Positions 1-11,714 of a stretch of DNA of 64,000 nt are shown in pieces. The DNA comes from Raja brachyura (lineage: Eukaryota), in contig OY740792.1 of the NCBI GenBank assembly GCA_963514005.1, positions 42,780,001 through 42,844,000 on the forward strand, given 5' to 3'. The notes under the pieces were generated by a model. That model ran no database searches and was not told the origin of the DNA. It saw nothing but the letters and a program-made list of their open reading frames with translations. The translations under genes were made by a program, and so were the position numbers. How positions within the stretch are numbered: position 1 is the first letter of the stretch; each line of letters starts with the position of its first letter.

Positions 1-344
1 TTGCTACACAGGTGTCTAACAACATTTTCAGTAAACTCAGTGAGTTTAAAGGGAATGGAAAATTGACGGCGCTTCGGATGCAGGCACCAGTGACAAAGGA
101 ACTCAACGCCTGACCACACACAGTTCTCACGCTGTGCCCAGCTGCCAGCTGTGTCTCTCGATGTGGCCACACTCCCCACTTGCACATTCCACTCCCTGCT
201 CTCTCTGAACTAAAGGGTTGGTATGGCCATTGATTTATTGTTGTCATGTGTACCGAGATACAGTGGGAACCTTTTGTGTGAGTGCTATCCATTTAAATCA
301 GATCATGTTATATCCGAGTACAATCAATCCATACACAAGCATGC

Positions 345-735
345 CAGTGTTGCCAGGACCCAAGGGCCTCAGCTATAGGATGAGCAGGCTCACACTTTAA
401 TCCTTGGCGAACATGAGGATGAGGGCTGGTCTTATCAAGGTGTATAAGATCATGAGAGGAATAGATAGGGTAAATGCTTTTATCAAGAGTAGGGGCATCG
501 AAAACCAGAGGACATAAGTTTAAGGTGAGGGGGAAAATATTTAATATGAACCTGAGGGGCAACCTTTTTTACACAAAGGGTGGTAGGTATATGGAACGAG
601 CTGCTGGAGGAGGCAGTTGAGGCAGGTACTACCACTACGTTTAAAAGACATTTGGACAGATACATGAATGGGATAGGTTGAGCGGGACATGGGCTAAAGT
701 TGGGCCCAAGGGCCTGATTACACGCTGTATGACTC
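345..735 (+). mobile_element. CR1/HER1-type LINE 3' fragment
   Basis: Degenerate ORF2 C-terminus (GLSYR...TRGHKFKVRG...FFTQRVVGIWNEL) and 3' tail. One of many such short copies (e.g. 8655-8900, 8970-9560, 9935-10180, 24190-24730, 25910-26715, 27100-27520, 36625-36960, 42230-42700, 43090-43420, 56375-56632). Confidence 0.85.
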
Positions 736-1254
736 ATAGTATAACAGGTAGAGCAAAGAGAGAAAAAACACAGTCCAGAATCTAGTTTTCAGCATTGTAG
801 GTGTACAGTGTGTCAGATGATGAACAGTGAAGATTTCGGAACAATCAAATTATCAGAGGTTTGCTGCAGAAAGAAATACTGTTAGAATCAGATGAATTAC
901 AATCAGGGAATGCTTATGTAGGGCCTTATGTAGGTACACCAACATGTCAAATGGAGAAACAAGGATCTGCAGATGCTGATTTACAAATAGAGACAGTAAG
1001 TGAAGGGCAGGCATGTGCTGTCAGGGTCGGCAATGTAGGCACTGCCTCCCCTGACTAAACTTATAAAATGGTAATAACTAAATATAAATAATAAAGGCAT
1101 GGGAAAATTATGCCTATCTAAGAGATCGATCTCTTCGGCAGGCATAATTCTCCGTGCCTTTCATCCACATTTTGTGTTAATGTTTTTAAATACCGTATTT
1201 CCCAGGGTGTGGGGGTGGGGGGGAGAGTTCCCTACACAGCATTTGGGGAGTCTG

Positions 1255-1845
1255 GCCTGGGGTAAAGTTGCGGGGAGGGCACAAATGTTGTGAAGGAGGG
1301 GTCGGGAGCATGCCACTTGCGATGCTCCTTGCACGGAGATGTGCAATGCCATTGCATTGAGGCCAGGGGGAGAAGTAGCTCGGGTGGCTGTGAGCGACCG
1401 CCGGGCCGGACAGAGGAACCAGCTGCCACCTTATCTCCTTCTGCCAGCCCCTGCTCACCTCTGGCAGCTCTCCATCTAAAAATCTCTCTCCTGCCACTCG
1501 TTGGCCTCACTCATGTCAGGTTGAGGTTGAAGTTACTCGGCTGTGGGAATTTAAGGATTTGCAGGAAGACGCTGACACGGGCGAGCGGCAGGTGAGAGGT
1601 GTTCAGACGGAGAGCACTGCCAGAAATGAGGGGGCCAGCAGAAGGATTTGAAGTGGCGGCCTGTTCTGCTGTCGGGTCCCGGCAGCCGCTCGCAGCTACC
1701 CGAGCTGCTTCTATCCCCGGCTACAATGCGGTGGCTTCGCACCCGGAGAGCTGTGGCAGTGGTGAGTGAGTGAGTGAATTACTGGCATTATCCCCGACCC
1801 CCTCCTTCTCAACACTCCTGCCCTCCCCGCAACTTTACCCCTGGC
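1255..1845. repeat. GC-rich long imperfect palindrome (unclassified fold-back element)
   Basis: gcctggggtaaagttgcggggagggca...gaaggaggggtcggg at 1255-1306 is the reverse complement of ccccgacccctccttc...tgccctccccgcaactttacccctggc at about 1790-1845. A second inner arm pair lies at about 1345-1460 and 1630-1740. Confidence 0.7.
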
Positions 1846-2354
1846 ACAGACTATCCACACGCTGTGAAAGGAACTGTCCCCGCAATTGGTCCCTTGAACA
1901 AGTGTTGTCATTCAATAAGATGACAACTGATTCAACTTTTCCCTGTACTCCCGTTTTTCCCACTATCTCTCCACCTGCCATCACCTTTCACCCCCCCACT
2001 CATTCAGTAATTCAGAATAAAGGGGACTTGGAAGCTTTGGGCAAATTGAATTGTTACTGTCTTTATTTTTTTTATTTTCAATCTGCGCATGTGCAGTTTA
2101 ATTTTTTTTTAAAGCTGACTGACTGCCTACCCACCCTGAGTAATTACTCATGGCACGTGCCTGGTGAAGAGGCCCAACCTGAAACGTCACCTATCCATGT
2201 TCTCCGGAGATGCTGCCTGACCTGTTGGATTGCTCCAGCACTGTTTGTCCTTTTTACATGTAAAATTACCTATATTATTAACTCAGTCCAGTTCTATATT
2301 ACACCCTGTTTTACCAATTGCAACACCGAAGGAAACATAATCTATATTGTTAAT

Positions 2355-2540
2355 ACAAGGAACTGCAGATGCTGGTTTATACCAAAGATACACAAAAAGT
2401 GCGAGAGTAACTCAGCGGGTCAGACAGCATCTCTGGAGAACCTCGTCTGAAGAAGGGTCCCAATCCGAAACATCACCCATTCTTTTTCGCCAGTGATTCT
2501 GCCTGACCCGTTGAGTTACTCCAGCACTTTGTCTCGATCT
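2355..2540. mobile_element. Penelope-derived short element (inverted pLTR pair with hammerhead-like core)
   Basis: gagtaactcagcgggtcagacagcatctctggagaa and its inverted copy flank CTGAAGAAGGG...CCGAAAC. Similar copies at about 17990-18165, 25370-25650, 29075-29225, 35520-35755 and 62210-62350. Confidence 0.65.
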
Positions 2541-2720
2541 GTGATCGATGCAGTTTTCATTTTATCAATTTCAGAAATCAATCTCCATAAAGTACATTTT
2601 GTGAGACATTTGCTGTGCACTCTCACTAAAAAAAAAACAATTTTACCAACGTGCCAGTGATAAGGATTGATATTTGGAAACATAAATCACAATAATTATA
2701 TTAAAATCCTGCCTAATGTT

Positions 2721-5700
2721 TTTTTTTTATTTTCTTTTAAAATTTATTAGATGTACAGTAAATTACATTAATACAAGCCACATATATATTTTTACATTTA
2801 TTGTACCCCTTCATTTTTAAAGCTATTAGGAAAGGATAGAAATTGAGAAAATAGAGAAAGTGAAAGAGAATTGTGATAGTGTAGAAGCGTGACGAAAGGA
2901 AAGAAGAAAGACCCTTTAGACGAGGAATTAGAAAAAATAAATTAAGAGATAGACCCTAGAAAAGAAAAAAGAGAAGGAAGAAAAAAGAAAAAAGACAGTT
3001 GCTCTATTATGAAAATCACGCAAAAGAGATATACCAACTTGACACTTTTCATCCCCCTTTACCAAGTCCTGACACCGGTGCCTTTTAAAGTACTATTGCA
3101 CCTTATACTTGCACCTTATAAAGTACTATTGCACCTTATAAGTCTATAAATGAAGACCACGTCCTATAAACGTGATCTGATTTGCCTGCCAGGAAGAGTC
3201 CCATATCTTCAGTGTAGTGTTTCGAACATCATTGAAATCCACATGTTTATTGTTGGTATAGGAGCGTTTTTTGAAAATTTTAAAATAAGCTTCTTTCCAG
3301 TTATTAACCCGTAATCAAATAGGTTCTTTTGAAACACATTTAGTTCAGGACTACCTTCCATTGTTCCAAAGATAATCTATTCTGCTTTTGATAGTGAGCA
3401 TCCTTGTCTATTACCCCTTGATAACTGGAATTTCGTAGATCAGATGTTACTAGTTAGTATTCTAGCCGTAGCCTTATTATATAATAATTTAATCCATAGG
3501 ATGAAATTCTCTCCCATTTGGAATTTTTCCAATACTTTAACCATGTAATCCCATTCCACCTGATCGGATGCTTTTTCTGCATCCAACAAAATAATTGATA
3601 ATTCTTGTTCTTCAGTTTGGTGTGAATGCATAATGTTGAGCAGACATCTCAGAATATTAGATGATTGTCGCTTAGGGATAAACCCCGTTTGATCCGGATT
3701 TATTAATTTACTAATATACTTACTTAATCTTCTAGCTAATATTTTCACAAATATTTTTTTATCTGTATTTAACAGCGCAATAGCTCTATATGATCCGGGT
3801 TCTTCTGTATCTTTGTCTTTTTTAAGTATTCGTTATGTAATCGTTGATTCTGCAAGTGTTTCAGGCAATGTTTGCTCTTTAAAGGCATATGTATACATTT
3901 TCTGTAAACGTGGTATAATTATGTCGTAAACATTTTTATAAAATGAATTAATAAATCCGTCAGGTCCTGGTGTTTTTCCATTCTTTAATGAAGTTATTGT
4001 GTCTTCTATTTCCTTAATTGAAATTTGTGCTCCCAATTCCTCTTGTTCCTGCAACTCTAGTTTTGGAAGATTACAATTATCCAAGAACTCTGTGACTTTA
4101 TTGGTGTCCGTTGTCGTTTTGGATGTGTTCAAATTCTCATCAAATTGCGCAAATCTTTTATTAATATCCTTCAGTAAAATTAATAATTCCCCTCTATCTG
4201 ATTTGATCTTTCGGATCGTGTGTTCTTTTTCTCGTTTTTTTAACTGACATGCCAAAGGTTTGTGGGGTTTATCTCCAAATTCAAATTTTTCCTGTCTTGT
4301 AATTTGGAATAGTCTTATAACTTTGGCTGATAATAGTTTATTTAATTTAAATTTCAGTATTAATATTTTATTGTGTTTATCCATAGTTGGATCTTTAGCA
4401 ATATCTATATCCAGTTGTCTAATTTGTTCTTCTAACTGTCTTTGTTCGTTCTTGTTTATTTTATTTTGAAAAGCTTGGTATAAAATTATAACGCCTCTAA
4501 TAAATGCTTTGAAGGATTCCCATAATAATGTGGGCGATATATCAGGAGTGCCATTTATTTCGAAAAAGAGGTCAATTTGTTGTTTTAGATATATACTCCC
4601 TTGCGGATCCCTATGGTATCGTGTTGGTATGGTATTTTGGGTTTGAAGTATAGGGGATTAATTTTGTATCCACCAGGAAATAATCTATACATGAGTATGT
4701 TTTGTGTACCATTGAATAAAACCTCAATTGCACTCAATGTGTGATTTTCCTCTTAACCTCTTCAAGGTCTGAAATGCCCTGAAATTTCACGATGATCTGG
4801 TCTGGTGTATGGTCTGGTCTTGTTTGTGATCTTGGTTTAAATCTCGGTACTCGATGTGCCATTTCAATTTTCGGTTCAGTAGGGAGATTAAGAACTTGTT
4901 TAATTAAGTCCGCAGTGAACCCACGAGGGTCATTTCCCTCAGCTCCCTCTGGCACTCCAACTATTCTTAGATTTTGACATCTCGAACGAGCTTCCAAATC
5001 TAGGCATTTAACCAAAACTTTCACCAGCTAAATCGTCATCTGTCTTGTGGTGAGATCTTGTTCTAACCTCAAACTCTTCAACTCTTCAGCCATTCGTGCC
5101 ATATCTGTCCCCATTTCTTTCATTGTAGTCAGATATGAAGCGACAATTTCAAGCACAGCCTTGAACTTCTTCGTGGTTACTTCTTCCACCTTATCAATTC
5201 TCTCAATAATTCTTCTTTCAAATCATCAATTCATTTATTTATGATGCCAATTGAGTCAATAACTTTCTGATTACCAGCATTCATATTCTCCGTCATCTTT
5301 TCCATCATCGTTCCCATCATCTTTTCCATATTTCCATCCACCATTTCATCTTTCATTTCTCTTATCAATTTCTTTAATTCCTCAAATTCTTTGCCTTTGT
5401 CTTTAGCCAGATCAGTCTTGGATATTGTAGCCATTTCAGAGGCCACTTTAGGGACCACTTCAGAGGTGAATTCTTCAGGTTTCGTCCGGCTTATCAGGAG
5501 GTGTCTTGTGACTGTTCTTTGAGGACTTTGACCAGGGGACGAATTTCCGTTAAATTCACAGCACTTACTGATGACATCAGCAGCGTGACGTTCAGGAGCT
5601 CCGGTAAGTTTTTTAAATCGGTCCCAACCAGTAGACCCGATTTTAACACTAAAAATAGCAAATGTTTGGGAGCGGAGCTAGGTGCTGCATCTGTTACTGT

Positions 5701-5723
5701 AACATGGTGCCACCGGAAGTTCC
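2721..5723 (-). mobile_element. L1/Tx1-type LINE, internally deleted but with both ends
   Basis: 5' end ggaacttccggtggcacc, ORF1 pieces (LEARSRCQNLRIVGVPEGAEG), ORF2 endonuclease/RT pieces (KTPGPDG, DQTGFIPKR, LDAEKA, RQGC), poly(A) seen as the T run at about 2720, 16-bp TSD aatcctg(c/t)ctaatgtt at 2705-2720 and 5724-5739. Confidence 0.9.
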
Positions 5724-6349
5724 AATCCTGTCTAATGTTAAGAAAATATAAGAGAGACCTGAATGAAAGAGTTTGAGATGGCTCAAATGTTGGGTCACCT
5801 GCTTGAGATGTTTAATGAACAATGATACATTGTGAAAGGTCAAGGAATGTGCATTATGAATTGGATCATCTATCATCTGCTTGCCACTCACCTTGAAATT
5901 AATGCCTCAATTTTGCCACTGGGAAAACGGCCAAGCTCCAGACTGAGTTACCATCATCAGCAGGCTGGGGAAGTCTTGTGACTGTTCAAGCCCCTATGCA
6001 TCACATCACTTCCTTTCTTTTACTGAAGGTTGACATGGCTACCCCCAGCAATGGAGGGGAGTGAAGGAGAGGAGGACAGACATAGGCTGGGGTAATGGGC
6101 AGACTTATGGAAGACATAACATCGCCTATCTCTTCCCTCCACACATGTTGACTGACTTGCTGAATTACTCCAGCACTTTGTGTTTTATTCATGATTCCAG
6201 CAGCTGCACTTCGGTGTGCTTCTTGTATACATTAGGGGGATTTTACAGTGGCTAATTAATTTACCGACCAACATGTTTTTTGTGACGGGTGAAAAAAGCA
6301 GAACACCCAGGGGAAATCCATGTGGTCACTAGTGAATACTCAATGAATG

Positions 6350-6651
6350 CGTGGAGAAGCGGTAGAGGTGCTGCCTTACAGTGTTTGAGACCCAGATTTG
6401 ACTCTGATTATGGGTGCTATCTGTACAAAGTTTGTATGTTCTCCCTGTGACCACGTGGGTTTTCTCTGGGTGCTCCAGTTTCCCTAGCTTGTAGGATATT
6501 GTAAAAATGCAAATTGTCCCTAGTTTGTAGGATATTGCTTGCGTACGGGGATTGCTACTCAGCATGGACTCGGTGGGTCGAAGGGTCTGTTTCCACGGAC
6601 CCTTCCTAAATTAAACTAAACTATCCCTAAATTAAACTAAACTAAATTAAA
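6350..6651 (+). mobile_element. V-SINE (HE1-like tRNA-derived SINE)
   Basis: tRNA-like head (gcggtagag..gctgccttacag..gacccagatttgact), V-domain (ttctccctgtgaccacgtgggttttctctgggtgctccagtttcc), LINE-derived tail and (ctaaa)n. Confidence 0.8.
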
Positions 6652-6739
6652 CGGCATCAAAGGTTATGGCAAGAAGGCAGAAGAATGGATTTGAGAAGAA
6701 AAATAGATCAGCCATGATCAAATGGCGGAGTACCCTTCA

Positions 6740-6995
6740 TTTAGTCCAGATACGGTGTGGAAACAGGCCCTTCAACCCATTGAGTCCATGCCAACAATGA
6801 TCACCCAAATACGAGTCTATCCTACACACTAGGGACAAATTACAGAAGCCAACAACCTACAATTCGCATATCTTTGGAATGTGGGAGGACACCGGAGCCC
6901 CAGACAAAACCCACGCGGTCACAGCGAGAACCCATAGTCAGGAACAAACCCAGGTTTCTGGCGCTGAAAGACAGCAGCTCTACCACTGCGTCGCC
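6740..6995 (-). mobile_element. V-SINE copy
   Basis: Reverse-complement match to the same SINE family. Confidence 0.75.
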
Positions 6996-9345
6996 CTTTC
7001 CTGTTCCTGACTCTGCTGGTCCGGATTGGCATTTCTGCTGCTATATCTTAGGATCTTATGATTTGATAAGTAAGGAAGGTTAATAGTATTGTTTTTGGTT
7101 TATTATTGTCACATGTACCGACATACAGTGAAAAACTTTGTTTGCATCCACATGAAACATACTACGCATGAGTACAATCAAGCCCAACACAAGAAGAACA
7201 AGTGGTGCAAAGAGAAAATAAACCAGAGTGGAGAATATTATAACATTACAGTTAGGAAGAAAACGCTAATATTTAAAAAAGTGCAAGATTGGCAATAACG
7301 TAGGTTCGAAGATTGAGACTACACCTTAGCTTATGGGAGGACTAATCAGTGGTCCGATAATAGCGGGGAAGTAACTGTTCCTAAATTTGGTGGTGTGTTC
7401 ATTCAAGGTTAGGTCTCTTCTGCCCGTTTGGAGTGTGGAGAAGAGAGACTGACCAGGGTGCAAATAATCCTTCAATATGTTACTGCTTTCCTGAAGCAGC
7501 TTGAAGAATCTGAATTTGGTTTATTTTGTGTAAGGGAGGTAACATTATGAACACCTCCTGGATTGGAAGAACTGCTAGTGAATCATTGCTTTACCTGGAA
7601 AAAACATTGGGTCACAGGGTGACGGGAAAGGATCAGGTTAAAGGACAGGTGTTGCACTTCTTGTATTTGCATGTGAAGGTGCTGTATGATGGAGAATGTG
7701 CAGAAGAGCAGAAAAATGTTGGAATTGGAACTTGCCTTGTTCTCATTTTCTGGCTGAAGAGGAAAGACCCCATTTGGTCTCCCAAATAACCGACTAGACA
7801 GATGCAGAGGAGGGTGGTTCTGGGATGCCTGAATGCACCGCTGAGCCTACTGGAGATGTCGTGGGTTTAATCAGCGAATCGTCGATGAAGGTAGGTGCCC
7901 ACTTGATAACCCCAATGACGTGTCTGCCTAGCCTTTCTCAACATCGGAGGAGCATAGGTGAGAGCAGAAGGCTCCCATCACCATCGGGAGTAAATTTATA
8001 TTTGGCACTTTGGACTTTTAACATCTTGTCCTGTGTATTTGTAAACATTCCATCGTCGTCATGTCAAATCTCCAGTGAAGTAAAAGGGTTCCAGTAATAT
8101 GAGAAGCTCTTTCTGAAACTGGTTAGGTAAATTCCAGACGAACGTTTCCCAATGTTTTTGAACAAAAGTTGCACATGGCCACATTTGTAGAAACACAGAT
8201 GAATATGAATGCATCTTTAAGAACTCTGCCTGCTTTTGACACATTGTTGTACCAGCCTCTGCTGTTAGCTGTGTGTGGACCATCTTCAATAAAGGATATT
8301 TTGTTGGTAACTCTGGTCCTAATTGTCTTGATTATGAGCAACACTAAAGATCTATTTAAAAGAATGTTGAGCTGTTCACTTCCTCTACAGATGGCACCTG
8401 AACAGATGTGTTCCTCCAGCATTTGGATGTTTTACTGAATTTATCTAGAAGGGCTTTTGAAGGTGCGTAGTTTTTATTTTAACCTAGTAAGTTGCTTAAT
8501 AAAACTTATGAACGGGATAGATTATTTTCATTCAGCCTTTGGTTAAAGTTTCCTACAGCAGTTTGGTCATTTCCTGTGGCCGGCAACATTTGTGTTGATC
8601 AACCTGTGTAGGTCTGGTATCTCTTAGAATATTATGCCACATTTCCTGACTTAGAAAGCATGAAAACAGGCCGTTTGGGCCAACTTGTCCCATCTACACT
8701 AGTCCCACCAGCTTGCGTTTGGCCCATATCCCTCTAAACCTATCCTATCCATGTACCTGTCTAAATGATTCTTAAAACATTGCAATAGTATCTGCCTCAT
8801 CTACCTCCTCCAGCAACTCGTTCCATTGGCCCACCACCCTTTGTGTGAAAAGGTTACTCTTCGGGTTCCTATTAAGTTTTTCCCCCCTCACCTTAAACCA
8901 TGGCTTGATTACTGCTTATGTGCCAATTTTCTGGTTGACCGATCATTGGTAAAGTTGGTCTCTTTCCACGCCATCTGGCCCATAAAGTCTACTCCGCCAT
9001 TCAATCATGACTGACCTATCTTTCCCATTCTCCTGCCTTCTCCCCATAACGCCTGACACCCATACTACTCAAGAATCTGTCAATCTTCGCCTTAAAAATA
9101 TCCACAGCCCACTGTGACAATGAACTCCACAGATTCACCACCACCCTTTGACAAAAAAAAATCCTCCTGATCTAAAGGTACATCCTTTTTTTCTGAGGCT
9201 ATGGTCTCTGGTCCTAGACTCCCACTGGTGGAATCATCCTCTCCAGATTGACTCTATCCAGGCTTTTCACTATTCAGTAAGTTTACATGAGATCCTCTCT
9301 CATCTTTCCAATCTCTAGAGAGTACAGGCCCATTGCCGTCACTCA

Positions 9346-9443
9346 GTCTGAAGAAGGGTTTCGGCCCGAAACGTTGCCTATCTCCTTCGCTCCATAGATG
9401 CTGCTGCACCCGCTGAGTTTCTCCAGCATTTTGTGTTCTACCA
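9346..9443 (+). mobile_element. Penelope 3' fragment inserted into a CR1 copy
   Basis: gtCTGAAGAAGGGTTTCGGCCCGAAACG... flanked by the 7-bp direct repeat tcactca (9339-9345 and 9444-9450). Confidence 0.75.
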
Positions 9444-10427
9444 TCACTCAACATATGTTAACCCAATCATTCCTGGGAACATTCTCGTAAACCTCCTCTG
9501 GACCGTCTCTAATGCCAGCACATCCATCCTCATATATGGGGCACAAGACTGTTTACAATAGACTTTCCTTGTATGTGAACATACTTGGCCAATAAACATT
9601 ATTCATTCATAGTTTGAGAGGCCCTACTCTACTTTAAAGTCTGAATACCATAAATGTGCATGAATGGGCTGTTCACTGCATTGAATCCTAATAGAATGGC
9701 ATTTGGAAAATTATTGTTTTTGTATCCTCCAGGTTTGTTCGATAAAGGTTATGTAGCAGTTATTTTATTCAAAATAGCCGACAAAGTGTTGGTGAAACTC
9801 AATGCGTCAGGCAGCATCTCTCGATGTCCTGGATGTGCTGTAATCTCTTAATTTAGAGATACAGCACAGAAGCAGGCCCTTCGGCCCACCAAGTCCCCAC
9901 AGACCGGTGATCCCATACTATCCAAGCACATACATAAAAAATAGGTGCAAGAGAAGGCCATTCGGCCCTACGAGCCAGCACCGCCATTCAATGTGATCAT
10001 GGCTGATCATCTAAATTCAGTACCCTATTCTGGCTTTTTCCCCATATCCCTTGATTCCCTTAGCCCCAATAGCTAAATCAAACTCTCTCATGAAAACATC
10101 CAGTGAATTGGCTTCCGCTGCCTTCTATGGCAGAGAAATCAACAGATTCACAACTCTCTGGGTGAAAATGTTTTTCCTCAAATCACATTTTCCAATTTTC
10201 ACTTTTATTCACCTTGTGGCAGGTTAGTGATCAAGATCAAAACCCTCAAGAGCAGAAGTACTTTAAGATATTTAAAGAAGAGTTAAAAAAAAATTATTAA
10301 TTGAGTAATATCAAATGAGATCAATTACCATATCTTATGATTTAGAACAAATAGTAAGCTTGGCATCAACATGTGAGTTGAGTTAATAATCAAAGATTTT
10401 AGAATGAACCAATGCAAATGTTAGGGG

Positions 10428-11519
10428 GTTACACAAAAAGCTGGAGAAACTCAGCGGGTGCAGCAGCATCTAAGGAGCGAAGGAGATAGGCGACGTTTCG
10501 GGTCGAGACCCTTCTTCAGACTGGTCAGGGATCAGGGAAGCAAGAGATATAAACAGTGATGTGGAGAGATAAGGAACAATGAGTGAAAATATGCAAAAAA
10601 GTATTTGTGATAAAGGAAGCAGGCCATTGTAAGCTGTTTGTGGTGTGAAAATGAGAAGCTAGTGTGACTGGGGGGGGGGGGGGGGGGGGGGATGGAGAAG
10701 GAATGTCAGGGCCAGAGGGCTGAGGGAGAGGTGGGGGGGAGGCAGTCTGGGTTAACAGAATTGAGAAAATTCAATGTTTAAGCCCAGAGGATGCAGACTC
10801 CCCAAGCGGAATATGAGGTGCTGTTCCTCCAACTTGCGGTGTTGATCACTCTGGCCGTGGAGGAGGCCCAGGACCGAGAGGTCGGATACGCAGTGGGAGG
10901 GGGAGTTGAAGTGCTGAGCCACCGGGAGGTCGGGTTGGTTATTGCGGACCGAGCGGAGGTGTTCGGCGAAACGATCGCTCAGCCTCCGCTTGGTCTCACC
11001 GATGTAGATCAGCTGGCATCTGGAGCAACGGATGCAGTAGATGAGGTTGGAGGAGGTGCAGGTGAACCTCTGTCGGACTTGGAATGACTGCTTGGGTCCC
11101 TGAAAGGAGTGGATGGGGGAGGTGAAGGGACAAGTGTAGCATCTCTTGCGGTTGCAAGGGAAAGTGCCCGGGGAAGGAGTGGAGCGGGAGGGAAGGGAAG
11201 AATTGACGAGGGAGTTGCGGAGGGAGCGGTCTTTGCGGAAGGCAGACAGGGGGGGAGATGGGAAGATGTGGCGAGTGGAGGGGTCACGTTGGAGGTGACG
11301 AAACTGGCGGAGGACTATCTGTTGTATGCGCTGGCTGGTGGGGTGAAAGGTGAGGACCAGGGGGACTCGGCCCTTGTTGTGAGTGGGGGAATGGGGAGAG
11401 AGGGCAGTGTTGCGGGGTATGGAGGAGACCCTGGTGCGAGCCTCATCTATAGTGGGGGAGGGGAAACCCCGTTCTCTGAAGAACGAGGACATTTGCGATG
11501 ACCTGGTGTGGAACACGTC
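10428..11519 (-). mobile_element. Penelope-like retroelement, 5'-truncated, with intact GIY-YIG endonuclease C-terminus
   Basis: ORF 10752-11516 (254 aa) with NLIYCIRCSRCQLIYIGETKRRLSDRFAEH, CCHH-like residues and a terminal PLGLN. The 3' pLTR is nearly identical to 39831-40063 and 19822-19915. Confidence 0.92.
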
Positions 11520-11558
11520 ATTGTTTGGGACACATTAACCAGTCAGAATATGCAAGAC

Positions 11559-11589
11559 TGTGGTTTCCTTTTCAACAGGTGCTTCCTGT
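11559..11589 (+). promoter_or_regulatory. Candidate proximal promoter motif cluster: RUNX (TGTGGTT), E-box (CAGGTG), ETS (CTTCCTG)
   Basis: Three lymphoid-type motifs within 31 bp, about 90-115 bp upstream of the candidate ATG. The same stretch (tttccttttcaacag) could instead be a splice acceptor for an upstream non-coding exon. Confidence 0.35.
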
Positions 11590-11674
11590 TACAGCCATTG
11601 ATTTAATTATTTAGCCGTCTAAGTCGGGTATTTTCTGTCAGTGGAATTCTGAGACAGTTATCCCACGAAACATC

Positions 11675-11714
11675 ATGATAAGAGCAGCTTTTGTCTGCCT
11701 GCTGATTGTGTCTG
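11675..11714 (+). CDS. TIGIT: TIGIT-like receptor, candidate exon 1 (signal peptide MIRAAFVCLLIVS-G)
   Basis: ATG in a good Kozak context (atcATGA), short hydrophobic leader, phase-1 donor G|GTAGGT matching the phase-1 acceptor of the IgV exon (gives ...LIVS-GIQT-KELET). Intron 1 would be about 20.9 kb, so the link is inferred. Confidence 0.6.

Noticed and set aside
12-113. Open frame VSNNIFSKLSEFKGNGKLTALRMQAPVTKELNA* after a CAG at the window start (possible last exon)
   Set aside because: No recognisable homology, upstream context is outside the window, and 34 open codons is compatible with chance.
1770-2450. 226-aa ORF
   Set aside because: Runs across a palindrome arm, T-rich sequence and Penelope pLTR pieces; no domain or splice logic.
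6350-6420. tRNA-like A/B box sequences at SINE heads
   Set aside because: They are V-SINE heads, not tRNA genes; no full cloverleaf.
7800-8450. Unique-looking stretch with several 76-99 aa ORFs on both strands
   Set aside because: No recognisable motifs or paired splice sites.
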